64,000 nucleotides of DNA, taken from the IMG/VR virus record IMGVR_UViG_3300025117_000038, positions 53,396-117,395 of that record. One strand, 5' to 3'. This DNA is from a virus. The position numbers and the translations under genes were made by a program. The notes beneath the pieces are model-generated. The model did not search any database and was not told where the DNA came from. It saw only the letters and a list, made by a program, of their open reading frames with translations. Every line of letters begins with the position of its first letter. Positions within the stretch are counted from its first letter, which is position 1. Shown one piece after another: positions 49,901 to 59,356 of this stretch.

Positions 49901-50914
49901 TATAATCTCAACTTCTTCTTTAACTCTCTCTATATATCTATCATCAGAGAAAAGGTATTTGAATTTATTATTCATGGCTGAATTAATAAGATTATCAAAT
50001 ATCTCCACAGAATTATGAATTGGAGCAATACGGATTTTATAGTCGGGATATTTAACATTGCATTTATCGGCAATAGCAAGACTATTTGCAAGTAATTTTT
50101 TGATAATGGTTTTATGATTCCCCCCTGCTCCTTCGTAAACTTTCTTAAAGAGGTTGACCATAGTGTCATACATTTCGTCATATGATTTGATATAGAAGCT
50201 GTCGTCACCCATTTTTTTCCGGTCACTTGCGAAAAATCCCTGTTTTCTGCCGGAACACATTAAGATATCCTGGATAATTGAATCTTCTTTTTTGGCATAG
50301 TGGAAGTCATTGGTAGCTACCATTTTTATTTTAAGTTCTTTGCTTAATTTTACCAATTCTCTTACAACTTCGACATCTTCTTTTGTGTTATGATTTTGAA
50401 TTTCGATATATAAATTACAATGGAAAATATCTTTAAGCAAAGTCAGGTGTCTAACAGCAATATCGTGGTGTTTATTTAATAGATAATGTGAAATAATACC
50501 ATTCATACATCCAGTAAGTACAATCAAGCCTTTTGAATATTTTCTTAGAATATCAAAATCAATTCTTGGTTTATAATAAAACCCATCAACCGATGAAATT
50601 TGAATCATCTTTAGTAGATTCTGCCATCCTTGAAAATTTTTACACAATAGGACAATGTGGGTATTGTGGTCTTTCGACTCTATCCCATTGGCGGCAAAAT
50701 ACATCTCTGCCCCAATAATTGGTTTAATACCTTGCTTAGTGGCTTCTTTAATAAACTTAAATGCACTATCAACATTACCATGCTCAGTAAGAGCAATAGC
50801 TGATTGGCCGTTATTCTTGGCAGTAAGGACGACTTCATCTATTGAAGCAGAACCATCAAGAGCCGAATATTCACTATGACCATGCAAGTGAATAAAATTA
50901 GTGATTTGAGACAT
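46946..50914 (-). CDS. dnaE: DNA polymerase III alpha subunit containing an intein
   Basis: PHP HLHGHSEYSALDG, GRGSVGG, PDIDIDF, HAAGIVI, YQEQ, FNK|intein|SHAVGY. Confidence 0.95.
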   Translation of the reverse strand: MSQITNFIHLHGHSEYSALDGSASIDEVVLTAKNNGQSAIALTEHGNVDSAFKFIKEATKQGIKPIIGAEMYFAANGIESKDHNTHIVLLCKNFQGWQNLLKMIQISSVDGFYYKPRIDFDILRKYSKGLIVLTGCMNGIISHYLLNKHHDIAVRHLTLLKDIFHCNLYIEIQNHNTKEDVEVVRELVKLSKELKIKMVATNDFHYAKKEDSIIQDILMCSGRKQGFFASDRKKMGDDSFYIKSYDEMYDTMVNLFKKVYEGAGGNHKTIIKKLLANSLAIADKCNVKYPDYKIRIAPIHNSVEIFDNLINSAMNNKFKYLFSDDRYIERVKEEVEIIKEAGLVEYFLIVHDFINYAKTHGISVGAGRGSVGGCLVGYLLGIHTVDPIRYNLLFSRFYNQGRKGSLPDIDIDFGSSDIVPMLKYIENKYGYNKVAHIGTMTTYAPRGAFKAICRVMQVPYQEANSMVDLIDKKSKNLTEALELNPSLKDKYINERTLYSGSLMFKELYDYAIKIEGKISHKGIHAAGIVISPFDLNEMVPLRKEKTSNLLVTCWDMEDIEANGFIKYDFLKIDILDALKYVFQYDVLYKSIDDIPVDDGSIESKKAYELLSTTNNVGIFQLSGGMGVKIANSLRPEKMEDIAVAITLNRPGCINLDLHTKYIKRKNDEENAVCDFSILEDVLKDTQMLMIYQEQIIKTCIKIGFTSQEADTVRKIMGKKKPELLEKVKPEFFDKAQSNTNLTVVQIGELWNHIYESSGYMFNKCIDGDCYINNEKHNPKYTIGEMYYLKNNKIPHNGKKYSMSCRYKRLGYGYAKNIIDGKIFIDKIKDIYYQGKKDVYLIILENGKSITTTINHKFPIVDNGFKTVEELQVGDKLYCIGEYQKTNSIYSFSNQKQICKGKTYSNTKSGFPDGEDNPGYIDGEYTKFCETKNRIEHVNVCQLCGNEHNRLEHHHNDGDRNNNNFENISKLCPSCHKKEHYKLGRKKKWSKGLSSEVSSIVSIKHIGTKDVYDIEMENEPHNLFVNGIATCNSHAVGYAHISYYTAFMKANYPIEYMCSLLNTCLTDVDKLNIYLEECRNMGIEILSPSVTKSKPMFSIYENKIVYGLLGIKGLGKEAIESLLKNQSYVNFSDFCEKTRLNKNYIEVLAKAGALDDFEYNRATIISNSQTIVNSLNTIKKHESKKISPLFSYNVKIPIKECLEYDDRTLAEMEYSVINSYISTDPLVKYREWIKDKIKLPEEIPFNYPIKVAGYIQSIEYKTTKNDKPYVDIKLYAPERTWRILVFSQELETSRFIIDTYKVIWVDGIYKESGLIFARNIGIV
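47822..48625 (-). mobile_element. 268-aa intein in DnaE with HNH homing endonuclease
   Basis: Starts CIDGD after FNK and ends VYDIEM...NLFVNGIATCN before SH. Block B ITTTINHKF. Internal CQLC...HHNDGDRNNN...LCPSCH. Confidence 0.9.
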
Positions 50915-51266
50915 ATCTAATTAGCCTATAGTTTTCTAAAATGTCATACCTGATAAAGTTTTCATTAAGATATCTTTTTATTTTAATAGATATTTCTTTG
51001 AAATCTGGATGTTTAGAGAAATCGAGTTGAATTTCACATGGTATTTTTTTTGAAACAAGAGGTCTAATGACGTGAGTTATATATTGTTTAATATGTGATT
51101 TATTCATCTTTTCAAGACTAATGAAAAGTATTCTCCCATCGGTAACTTTAGGTAATACTTCTTTCAACAAATCAAGTTGTTCGGTAAATATTTCATATTT
51201 CAATGGCTTAGTAATCTCCGGTTTTACTATATACTTATCACGCTGTATTTCAAAGTCCATTATCAT
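50898..51266 (-). CDS. Hypothetical protein
   Basis: Coupled ORF with GGAGG RBS. Confidence 0.5.
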   Translation of the reverse strand: MIMDFEIQRDKYIVKPEITKPLKYEIFTEQLDLLKEVLPKVTDGRILFISLEKMNKSHIKQYITHVIRPLVSKKIPCEIQLDFSKHPDFKEISIKIKRYLNENFIRYDILENYRLIRYVSNH

Positions 51267-51480
51267 CCTCCACTAATCCAGTGGTATAATTTCTACAAAT
51301 ATGAGAAACTATACCACTAATTTGACTTCCAAGCATGGGGGAGTTAATATCTTCAACAAATCCCTTTCCACAAATGCTACATGTCATAGCTATTCTTTGT
51401 TTATCCTGAAAAATTGATATGGTATAGCATCCCTCTACTCCACTTATCTCCACATAATTTTCTTGTGTATAAACATTCAT
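51250..51480 (-). CDS. Small hypothetical protein (CSICGK); likely start MNVYTQ at 51480
   Basis: GGAGAG RBS at the end of the upstream gene. Confidence 0.45.
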   Translation of the reverse strand: MNVYTQENYVEISGVEGCYTISIFQDKQRIAMTCSICGKGFVEDINSPMLGSQISGIVSHICRNYTTGLVEDDNGL

Positions 51481-51481
51481 A

Positions 51482-52588
51482 TTACTCTCCATAATAACTA
51501 AAAGGTCTGCTTCTATTGAGGTCGGTATTACCGTCTTTGTCTTGATATACAACCCAATAGCCGGGTGTATTTGGTTCCCATCCGATTTTCGGTTTAGTTT
51601 GATATGACTGTATTTTACAGCAACATCCAGTTTCACCTATTACCAAACTGCCACCATGTCTATACCACTTACCAAGTGAATGAGTGTGAGCTTGAAGGAA
51701 TAACTTAATTGGAAGCAACTTATAATAACTGTCCCATGATACCAAATGATTATAACATTCCTGTACTGTCTTTACCGGAGTTTTCTTTGCGTTTTCAAAA
51801 TGACCAATAACCATATCATTTCCATGTTTATGAAAATGTCCAACTAGGGCATAGCCCATACCATTATCAAATTCATATTTATCTGATATGATTTCTATGT
51901 TTTTGTGTTTTTTAGAAACAAGTGACAAGATATCAGTTTCAACAAGAAACATCATATCAGTAGGAACTCTTTGTCGAAAATATTTACCAACTCTATCGGT
52001 ATGATTTCCTTGTTGGAGTTTTACATTTTTCCATATCGAAGCAATACTATCAATTAAGACAGTATTAACCGCCAGCTCTTCTTTGATATTTATATCTATA
52101 TCTTTGTCGAAGCGACTGAAAGAATAACAATCAAAGATATCTCCCGGCCCGATAAAATATTCAGCATCGGAATGATGAGTAATTAAATGGGCAAGTAATT
52201 CAAGATTGTGAAAGGGGGAATGGAAATCCCCCGCCACAATTATCTTACCTGCTTCAGTTTGTTTTTTCCTTGATTTTATTTTCGCTCTTTCTATAAAAGA
52301 GTCATACTCTTTATAGATGTCGGTATAAGTTCTTACGTAAACATCTTTTGATTGGACAATATTATCGAAGTATGTTCTATTATAGGATACGTAAGTATAT
52401 TTTTTTCTTAAATAATCTTCAGAGCGAATATGTCTCTTGAATTTTTTCTCAATGCTATTTTTAATATCGAGAAAGGAGACTCCGGCATCTCTATTTTCTT
52501 TAATAAAAGACATAATCTGGGGAACATGATACCATGTTCCCATGGATTCGTTTTCGTATTTTTCTAATGCCAAAGACTCACTTTCCAT
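51482..52588 (-). CDS. Calcineurin-like metallophosphoesterase
   Basis: GDFHSP, GDIFD, GNH, AHTH motifs. Confidence 0.85.
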   Translation of the reverse strand: MESESLALEKYENESMGTWYHVPQIMSFIKENRDAGVSFLDIKNSIEKKFKRHIRSEDYLRKKYTYVSYNRTYFDNIVQSKDVYVRTYTDIYKEYDSFIERAKIKSRKKQTEAGKIIVAGDFHSPFHNLELLAHLITHHSDAEYFIGPGDIFDCYSFSRFDKDIDINIKEELAVNTVLIDSIASIWKNVKLQQGNHTDRVGKYFRQRVPTDMMFLVETDILSLVSKKHKNIEIISDKYEFDNGMGYALVGHFHKHGNDMVIGHFENAKKTPVKTVQECYNHLVSWDSYYKLLPIKLFLQAHTHSLGKWYRHGGSLVIGETGCCCKIQSYQTKPKIGWEPNTPGYWVVYQDKDGNTDLNRSRPFSYYGE

Positions 52589-52603
52589 TATTTATCTCCT
52601 TTG

Positions 52604-52903
52604 TTAGAACGGTAAATCGTCATCTTTTGATGTTTCTGTTGCAGGAACCCCACCAACAAAAGTATTGTATTTATCAAGAACCTGCCTTTGAATTTCATTC
52701 CTGACATCCTTGTTGATAGGAAATACGGAATCGTGATAAACCCCATCCTTACCCTTCTCTTGTGGGAATGATATAAAAAGACCATTTTTACCCAAGAGAA
52801 CCTTAAAATTCTTCACAACAAGGGCATTGTTAAAAGTTACGTTTACAAATGCCTTCATAGGACCATTTTCATAACTACGGAATTGAGCATCTGTGACTTG
52901 CAT
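52604..52903 (-). CDS. spoVG: SpoVG-family nucleic-acid-binding protein with SSB-like acidic tail
   Basis: MQVTD...KAFVNVTF..ALVVKNFKV..GKNGLFISFP...G.YHD...PI; C-terminus DDDLPF. Confidence 0.85.
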   Translation of the reverse strand: MQVTDAQFRSYENGPMKAFVNVTFNNALVVKNFKVLLGKNGLFISFPQEKGKDGVYHDSVFPINKDVRNEIQRQVLDKYNTFVGGVPATETSKDDDLPF

Positions 52904-53427
52904 TACTTCTCCTTTTTGTTAATACGGTTAAGATACCATTCGTCACCATAATCTTTTCCAATTGTTTTAGTAGCGAAAAAACTGGCAATAATTTCGAATG
53001 GCGAAAAAGAATCTTTAAGTTCTTCTTTCTTTTTTAATGAAACATTTTTTACTAATTTATTGAATCTGTTATCCCATGTCTCTAAGATACAAGACATTAT
53101 TTTATCGTTAAACATTAACATATGATGATATTCATGACAAAATACCCAATCGATACTTTTGGGAGTCTCAAATCTATTAATATTTATATGAATAATTGTT
53201 GATTTATCTAATTCAAAACATACTCCGCGATAGGTCATAATTTCATCAATGTTATAGAGTTTTTGCCTATCTATTAAAATTCCATGATTTTTACCATTAA
53301 GCAAAAGGGGGATACTATTGTCAGTATTACTTATGGAAACAGTAGTAGGGAATAAGCCGTTATCACTACAAACTTTTTCCCAAAATTCAATATGAGGTTT
53401 TATTTTTGTAAAATTAATTATATTCAT
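52903..53427 (-). CDS. Zincin-like metallopeptidase-motif protein (HEYHH...E)
   Basis: VFCHEYHH and downstream FEIIASFFA. Confidence 0.5.
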   Translation of the reverse strand: MNIINFTKIKPHIEFWEKVCSDNGLFPTTVSISNTDNSIPLLLNGKNHGILIDRQKLYNIDEIMTYRGVCFELDKSTIIHININRFETPKSIDWVFCHEYHHMLMFNDKIMSCILETWDNRFNKLVKNVSLKKKEELKDSFSPFEIIASFFATKTIGKDYGDEWYLNRINKKEK

Positions 53428-53433
53428 ATTAAC

Positions 53434-53892
53434 CTAATTTTTCTTAGGTAGGGGTGGTGGTACGACATTGATTTTATATGGTTCAAGTTTTTTAATTTGC
53501 TTCTTATGGACAATAGCATTTCTAAACCATTCAGGGAGGGCAGTAGTAAGGCCATCTTTTTCATAAATACTAAAAAACTCAGGATAATTATCTCTATTTA
53601 TACCTTCAGGACTCGCTACGCTATAACCTGAATTAAATTCAACCCATTCTATATCACCTGTTGTATGAACCCCTATTGTTTTCCATTCTTTATGGTTAAA
53701 ATCAAAGGGATTTAGATTAACTCCATACATCACAACCATTGGATAGTTTGGATAGGGTTCAATTAAAAATGGCTCTGTACCAAGTTTACCACTTCCTCCA
53801 CAAACGGGACATATCATTGCCCCTTTATGTTGACTATCTACCCATCCCTTACCCTCACAGCCATGACAAGTAAATTCTATTTTATTAGTCAT
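53434..53892 (-). CDS. Protein with DnaJ-type CxxCxGxG zinc finger
   Basis: CHGCEGKG...CPVCGGSG. Confidence 0.6.
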   Translation of the reverse strand: MTNKIEFTCHGCEGKGWVDSQHKGAMICPVCGGSGKLGTEPFLIEPYPNYPMVVMYGVNLNPFDFNHKEWKTIGVHTTGDIEWVEFNSGYSVASPEGINRDNYPEFFSIYEKDGLTTALPEWFRNAIVHKKQIKKLEPYKINVVPPPLPKKN

Positions 53893-53899
53893 AATTACC

Positions 53900-55171
53900 T
53901 CATGAAAATGTTACGGTGTCTTTTTCAAAAGATGCTAATACCGTACCAGTTTCTCCATCTCTTTGTTTAGCAATAATTATTTCTGCTTTTGTGGCATCAC
54001 TATTATCTTTAGTATAATAAAAAGGGCGAAACAATAAAAGAACGGAATCTGCATCCTGTTCTAGGCTACCACTTTCGCGTAAATCCGACAGACGGGGTCT
54101 TTTGTCCTCTCTATCTTCACACTTGCGAGATAATTGGGATAATGCAATTACAGGAATGTCTAAATCTCTGGCAAGAACTTTCAGTCCCTTCGAAATAGAT
54201 GTAACTTCCTTAAGCATATCAGTACCCTCTACAAGCAACCCAATGTAGTCAATGATAATGGCAGAAATATCAGGATTCCTTACTTTTTCTTTTCTTGACA
54301 TTGCTGAAATAGTAGTGATATCAATAGATGCCAAATCATTTATCATGATATTTCTATTAGATTTAATATTATCATAATATTTGTTAAAAATTTTCCAATC
54401 ACTCTCTGTAATATTTTGACCTTTTCTTATTTTATACAATGGAATTTTGGTTAAGTATGATAAAATTCTTTGCCATTGATTTGTTTTATTCATTTCCACA
54501 GAGAAAAATAAAATAGGTTTATTCTCTTTGAATCCGACATTTGCCAAAATATTATTAGCAAAAACGGTTTTCCCCATACTTGGTCGTCCTGCAATAATAA
54601 TAAAATCTCCCTTATTTATCATCAAAAGACTATCGAGAGAATCAATTCCTGTTCTTATGGCAGGTTCAATTTGTTGTTTTTTCTTTAATCTATCTACAAT
54701 ACCGTCAATATCATCATGTAGGGTAGAGAATGTGAGTCCACCCTTTCGTATTACGAGAGTAATAAGTTGTCCCTCTATGTTTCTGACAATTTTATCCGGT
54801 TGCACATCCTCTTTTTTTAATGCCTTAACTCCATCGCTGAGAATGGTAGTGGCCGTTCTCATTAAGGCTCCCTTTTTTAATTCATCGAAGTAATCTTTGT
54901 ATGCAGTATATTCAATATCGACAGTCTTAATAAATCTATTGTAAATGTCATTAAATTTAGAAGAATTCATTTTACTTTTTATCAAAGTCTCATCAACAAT
55001 AACACCTTCTTCAATCATTTGTATAATACTCTCAAAAGCTTGTGAACATATAGTAGAATGAAAATCAGATGAACGCAATTCAGAAATAGCATCAAATAAG
55101 GCAGGTTCATGATTTATAATACAAGCAAGAACGGCGTATTCAACTTGTGTGTTCAATAGATTTCTCCTCAA
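53900..55171 (-). CDS. dnaB: Replicative DNA helicase DnaB
   Basis: AGRPSMGKT, FSVEM, IIDYIGL, LSQLSR, DLRESGSLEQDAD, KQRDGETG. Confidence 0.95.
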   Translation of the reverse strand: MRRNLLNTQVEYAVLACIINHEPALFDAISELRSSDFHSTICSQAFESIIQMIEEGVIVDETLIKSKMNSSKFNDIYNRFIKTVDIEYTAYKDYFDELKKGALMRTATTILSDGVKALKKEDVQPDKIVRNIEGQLITLVIRKGGLTFSTLHDDIDGIVDRLKKKQQIEPAIRTGIDSLDSLLMINKGDFIIIAGRPSMGKTVFANNILANVGFKENKPILFFSVEMNKTNQWQRILSYLTKIPLYKIRKGQNITESDWKIFNKYYDNIKSNRNIMINDLASIDITTISAMSRKEKVRNPDISAIIIDYIGLLVEGTDMLKEVTSISKGLKVLARDLDIPVIALSQLSRKCEDREDKRPRLSDLRESGSLEQDADSVLLLFRPFYYTKDNSDATKAEIIIAKQRDGETGTVLASFEKDTVTFS

Positions 55172-55421
55172 TTAATTGAGAAATTGTTTTTACTGATTTA
55201 CTTTCTTTAACGTATTTTTGAGATTGTTTTTCTATGGTATTCATTATATGGTAGATGGGGAAGTCCCATTTCCCCATCTTACCAATTGCGACTTCTACGG
55301 CATCTTCACCATATCGTTTAACCATAGTATGAAGTCTTCCCCAGTCGGAACCCACTAAAGAATATCTTAACTCTTTAGTAATTTTTTGAGCTAACTTTTT
55401 TATGACAATATTGTCAGCCAT
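55140..55421 (-). CDS. Hypothetical protein (possible helicase loader/initiator fragment)
   Basis: Coupled ORF upstream of dnaB. Confidence 0.45.
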   Translation of the reverse strand: MADNIVIKKLAQKITKELRYSLVGSDWGRLHTMVKRYGEDAVEVAIGKMGKWDFPIYHIMNTIEKQSQKYVKESKSVKTISQLIEEKSIEHTS

Positions 55422-55425
55422 TGGG

Positions 55426-56106
55426 CTATTCCCGATATAATGATTCTAAATATGTCATGAATCCTTCATAATCTTTTATGTTCCATTTGGAAATATCAAC
55501 TTCTTCTTCTGTGTCCTTAGATTTCTTTGCCAATTCTTGTGCTTTTTCTTTAGATATATTTTTAGCTACCATAAACTTAGTTAAGGTATTTTTTGCTTTT
55601 TGGATAGGGGTAATAGTCGGCTGAGTTACCTTCGGTTGGATTTCTAACTCTCCCTTATAAGCTTCGTGAGCGACTCCCAAATAAGATGCAGCCTTACAAA
55701 GGGCGTTTGTTTTAGCTCCTTTGTAAGCATCGGCATAATTACCAAGAATAACTCTCGACCCACCGTAAGAGCTAATTCTTTTTAAGATAGCCCTTTCTCC
55801 TGTCTGCATATTTGGTTGGATAATTTCTAAGGTAGCATAACAACTAACGGTTTCTCCTTCTTTCCCTTTGGAATTCGTATATGGCTTTAATTCAATCATT
55901 AATTTACCATCTTTATCTTTTTCAATAAAATGGTCCCATCCAAAAATTCCAAAAACTTCATTAAGCCTTTCAATAACATATTGAGGTTTAATCCCTATGG
56001 CAGTAAACCCTCCCATATCAGAGGATTCCTCTACCGCACTCTCTGGGAACTTGCCCATTAATTTTTGTAAAATATCGGCATCCGAAATAACTGTTGGTTC
56101 GTTCAT
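55426..56106 (-). CDS. Rad52/Rad22-family single-strand annealing protein (Sak-like)
   Basis: YVIERLNEVFG..GW, AYKGAKTNALCKAASYLGV...Y. Confidence 0.85.
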   Translation of the reverse strand: MNEPTVISDADILQKLMGKFPESAVEESSDMGGFTAIGIKPQYVIERLNEVFGIFGWDHFIEKDKDGKLMIELKPYTNSKGKEGETVSCYATLEIIQPNMQTGERAILKRISSYGGSRVILGNYADAYKGAKTNALCKAASYLGVAHEAYKGELEIQPKVTQPTITPIQKAKNTLTKFMVAKNISKEKAQELAKKSKDTEEEVDISKWNIKDYEGFMTYLESLYRE

Positions 56107-57128
56107 GACCTCTCCTTTGGTTTTGATAGGATATCAGGAAGTCTTCCTTCAATCATATCAATTAATCTTTTAACTGAATTAGGATAATTAACTGCTTCAA
56201 TCGCATTATACGCTTTTTCTGTTACATTGATATAAAACTCTTCATCATGTAAAAGTCTTTCAAGCATTTTAGACTGTCCATAAACATCCCCCGCAAGAAC
56301 GGTTGTATCCGGCCAGAATATTTTTGCTGATGTTACAATGTCAGTTGAAACTACGGGAACCTTTAAACAAGCACATTCTACTGGAATTCTACCATAAGAA
56401 TGGATTCGATGGTAACTTTCCGTACAAACCTTTGCCTCTGACAAAAACTCAATAAATCTTCCATATGATTCGGGGTCTTTGGTGTACTTAAAATATTTCA
56501 AAATGTCTACTTTAATACCACTGTCGAGCATAATAGCGTAAACGTCGGTTTCCTTTTCCAAACTATGAGTAGCAAGATACATGTCAAGCCAGTTGTTATC
56601 GTACCTATGAATAATAGCCAGTAAAGCGTTCCTTCTCATATCATAAGGTTTGGTAAATCTTTTTAATTGTCCTGTATCAGTAGGATGAATTAAGTGATAG
56701 ATTTTCCTATGAGGAAGAAGAGCCTGTAAATGAGAAAGCATAGCAATTTCAGAGGCAAAAATAAAGTCTGCTTTATCTAATTCGTATTTAAGTTGAGCAG
56801 GTAAAAAAGTATTCTGCCACATCTCTACAGCATAATCAACACAAGCAACAACGATAGCTTTACTATTAGGTCCTAAATCCTCTCTGATTCTTGACATGAT
56901 ACATCCATCTAATTCTGGCTTACTAACTCCCACGAAAATGATGTCGTAGTCCTTAATCTTGTCTCTTACCAGAGAGTAATAAGCAAACTCCCCACCAAAA
57001 GCTCGATGCCAGTTATAAAAACCGGAAATCATCAATCCATCCTGGAAGAGTTGTTGGTGAATATGATACGCCACATGAATAAATTTAGGTGGGTTTAGTG
57101 GAGTAATTATCTCTTTTTTTTCTAACAT
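56103..57128 (-). CDS. GT-B fold glycosyltransferase (GT4-like)
   Basis: SYGRIPVECACLKVPVVST matches the GT4 (S/T)FG...EA...G.PVV motif. Confidence 0.7.
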   Translation of the reverse strand: MLEKKEIITPLNPPKFIHVAYHIHQQLFQDGLMISGFYNWHRAFGGEFAYYSLVRDKIKDYDIIFVGVSKPELDGCIMSRIREDLGPNSKAIVVACVDYAVEMWQNTFLPAQLKYELDKADFIFASEIAMLSHLQALLPHRKIYHLIHPTDTGQLKRFTKPYDMRRNALLAIIHRYDNNWLDMYLATHSLEKETDVYAIMLDSGIKVDILKYFKYTKDPESYGRFIEFLSEAKVCTESYHRIHSYGRIPVECACLKVPVVSTDIVTSAKIFWPDTTVLAGDVYGQSKMLERLLHDEEFYINVTEKAYNAIEAVNYPNSVKRLIDMIEGRLPDILSKPKERS

Positions 57129-57136
57129 ATATCTCC

Positions 57137-57769
57137 TTATTTATTAATTAATTTACAACGGTCAAATTCAAAAGAGGCTTGTTCTTGATTGGATGGTACA
57201 AAAATACCATCTCTTAAAATATACCATTTATCTGAGTAAGCAACTACTGGAGTCTTGGATTTAGCAAATAAAATTGGAGAAAAAGTATCGTAGATTTCTG
57301 TTGTGGCACAAACCACACCTTTAATCCCGGCTTGGATTAGTTCGATAGTACAATCCTTACATGGTAGTCCGCACCAACAGTACAAGATAGAGCCCTTAGT
57401 TGAGACTCCATTTTTAGCACACATTAACAATGTATTACGTTCAGAATGAACCGCAGGACAATACTCAAGACCACCACCAGAGGGATATCCCAAAACCTTT
57501 CGTGGACATTTTCCCTTAACGGGAGGATGTTCTGTTGTTTGCAGAATTTTAAGTGGTATTTTTGAATTAGTCCAATTACCTTCCCATTCGTCACACATTG
57601 GGATTCCCCTCGGAGGACCGTTAAATCCGGTAGCTATAATATTATCGTCCTTAACAAGAACCGAGCCGATATGACGAGAGTGACATCTGACTCTTGTATT
57701 ACCAACAAGTTTGGCTATATCAAGATAATATTTGGCATGTTTAGTTATCCATGAATTATTCATTACCAT
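57137..57769 (-). CDS. dCMP deaminase
   Basis: IGSVLV...IIATGFNGPPRG, HSERN, PCKDCT..LIQAGI. Confidence 0.9.
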   Translation of the reverse strand: MVMNNSWITKHAKYYLDIAKLVGNTRVRCHSRHIGSVLVKDDNIIATGFNGPPRGIPMCDEWEGNWTNSKIPLKILQTTEHPPVKGKCPRKVLGYPSGGGLEYCPAVHSERNTLLMCAKNGVSTKGSILYCWCGLPCKDCTIELIQAGIKGVVCATTEIYDTFSPILFAKSKTPVVAYSDKWYILRDGIFVPSNQEQASFEFDRCKLINK

Positions 57770-58442
57770 TCCTTGTTTTAGATATTTTATACTCGGCCAT
57801 TTCGAAATACTCCTTAATAATCTCACTACCAATATATTTACGATTATTTGATATAGCCACTATAGCAGTCGTACCACTCCCCATGAAAGGGAAAACAGCA
57901 TTATGAGATTTATCTTTTTGTTTATTTCGACTTATCCTTAATATATTATTCATTTCTCCACGCTTAAAAACAGCGTTTTGAATCATTCTTCCACACTTTT
58001 TGTCTCCCTCAAGAATTAAAATAAATTCATAACAACTATTTAATATTCTTTCGTGCATGGCAGGTTGTCCATGTCCCTTATCCCAGATAATTATATCTTT
58101 AATATCTTTATTAAAATCACCGATAATTCTAAAAAACGCCTCTTTGCTTCCTGTCACTATTTGAAAATTATAACAAATGATTTTAGATGTTCTCAGCAAT
58201 TCTGATATAACCTTTTTATGAAATTCATAAAATTCATTTATTGGTAGAGCATCATCAAAAAATTTATATTTTTTACTAAAATGCTCGGATTTTTCTCTTG
58301 TTGTATATTGACCGTTTCTTATTCTTGTTCTCATGTTATAGGGGGGAGAGGTAATAACTAAATCAATAAAATTATCTGGAATTTTTTTTAATGTTTCAAG
58401 ACAATCTTCGTTATAAATTTTATTTATATCTATCATTTCCAC
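57756..58442 (-). CDS. N4/N6 DNA methyltransferase (beta class) with an apparent internal in-frame deletion
   Basis: TSPPY catalytic motif present. HNAVFP is fused directly to FMGSGTT, lacking the usual ~20 aa ending in VLDP. Confidence 0.8.
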   Translation of the reverse strand: MEMIDINKIYNEDCLETLKKIPDNFIDLVITSPPYNMRTRIRNGQYTTREKSEHFSKKYKFFDDALPINEFYEFHKKVISELLRTSKIICYNFQIVTGSKEAFFRIIGDFNKDIKDIIIWDKGHGQPAMHERILNSCYEFILILEGDKKCGRMIQNAVFKRGEMNNILRISRNKQKDKSHNAVFPFMGSGTTAIVAISNNRKYIGSEIIKEYFEMAEYKISKTRNGNE

Positions 58443-59356
58443 TCCTTATGTATCAAGTAAATTACCGATAAAAAATATTCTTCATGTAATGGAGTATCTT
58501 CTATTTTAGATAACAGCATAAGCAATTCGCTTCTTCTTTCGGATGGATTTTTAATAAACATTGACTTAAAATATTTAGCTGTTATAACATGGACAGAATA
58601 AACGGGGCTATTTATTTTTTTATAAATCTCCATGATAGCGGTCCAACTAAGACCCCCCACTCCGGCAAGGGCTCTGACAAAATCAATTGTCATAGATTCA
58701 TTTTCGGGGGTGTACCCATCGACTAATTCTTTGGCCTCTTCGATTGAAGTGTCTCTTAATTTAGCCAATAAAGTAATTCCTTCTCTAGGAATACCATCCA
58801 CTCTCTTAATAATACTTTGTAGAAACTTTTCCTTCTCTGGTTGGTTGTACCCTTCTGAATCCCATATGTGGGAAAGAATTTTGTACATTGGGGTGTCGTC
58901 TATTTTGCCTACAGTATAGTGAACCAATCTTCCCCTCAAAGCTTTGTCTAATTTTTCTGGTTCCGTAGAACAAAATATAATATAAACATTATTTTTAACT
59001 TCTTCAATCGGTTTCAATAAAGCTCTTTGACTGTCTTTTGTTAAACCCTGTGCTTCATCAAAGACATAAACAGATACATTTGAAAGAATCGAGTTATACT
59101 TCATCATATCTAAAATAGAAATAGTCTTATCCTTACCTCCGGTTTCACCGCAATTTATCTCTCGATATCCACCTTTGGTACAGCCCAAATAATTGGCGAT
59201 TATCCTTGCTAATGTAGTCTTCCCGCATCCCGATTCTCCTGAGATTAGTATAGCATGAGGAAGGGTTTTATTTTTAAGATGTTTTTCGATAGACCCGATA
59301 AGAACGTCATGACCTAAAAATTCACTTAGATTTTTCGGTCGGTATTTGGTTATCAT
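58433..59356 (-). CDS. dnaX: DNA polymerase III gamma/tau-like clamp loader ATPase
   Basis: KYRP, HAILISGESGCGKTTLARI, DEAQ.L...Q.ALLK..EE, STEPEKL. Confidence 0.85.
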   Translation of the reverse strand: MITKYRPKNLSEFLGHDVLIGSIEKHLKNKTLPHAILISGESGCGKTTLARIIANYLGCTKGGYREINCGETGGKDKTISILDMMKYNSILSNVSVYVFDEAQGLTKDSQRALLKPIEEVKNNVYIIFCSTEPEKLDKALRGRLVHYTVGKIDDTPMYKILSHIWDSEGYNQPEKEKFLQSIIKRVDGIPREGITLLAKLRDTSIEEAKELVDGYTPENESMTIDFVRALAGVGGLSWTAIMEIYKKINSPVYSVHVITAKYFKSMFIKNPSERRSELLMLLSKIEDTPLHEEYFLSVIYLIHKEWK

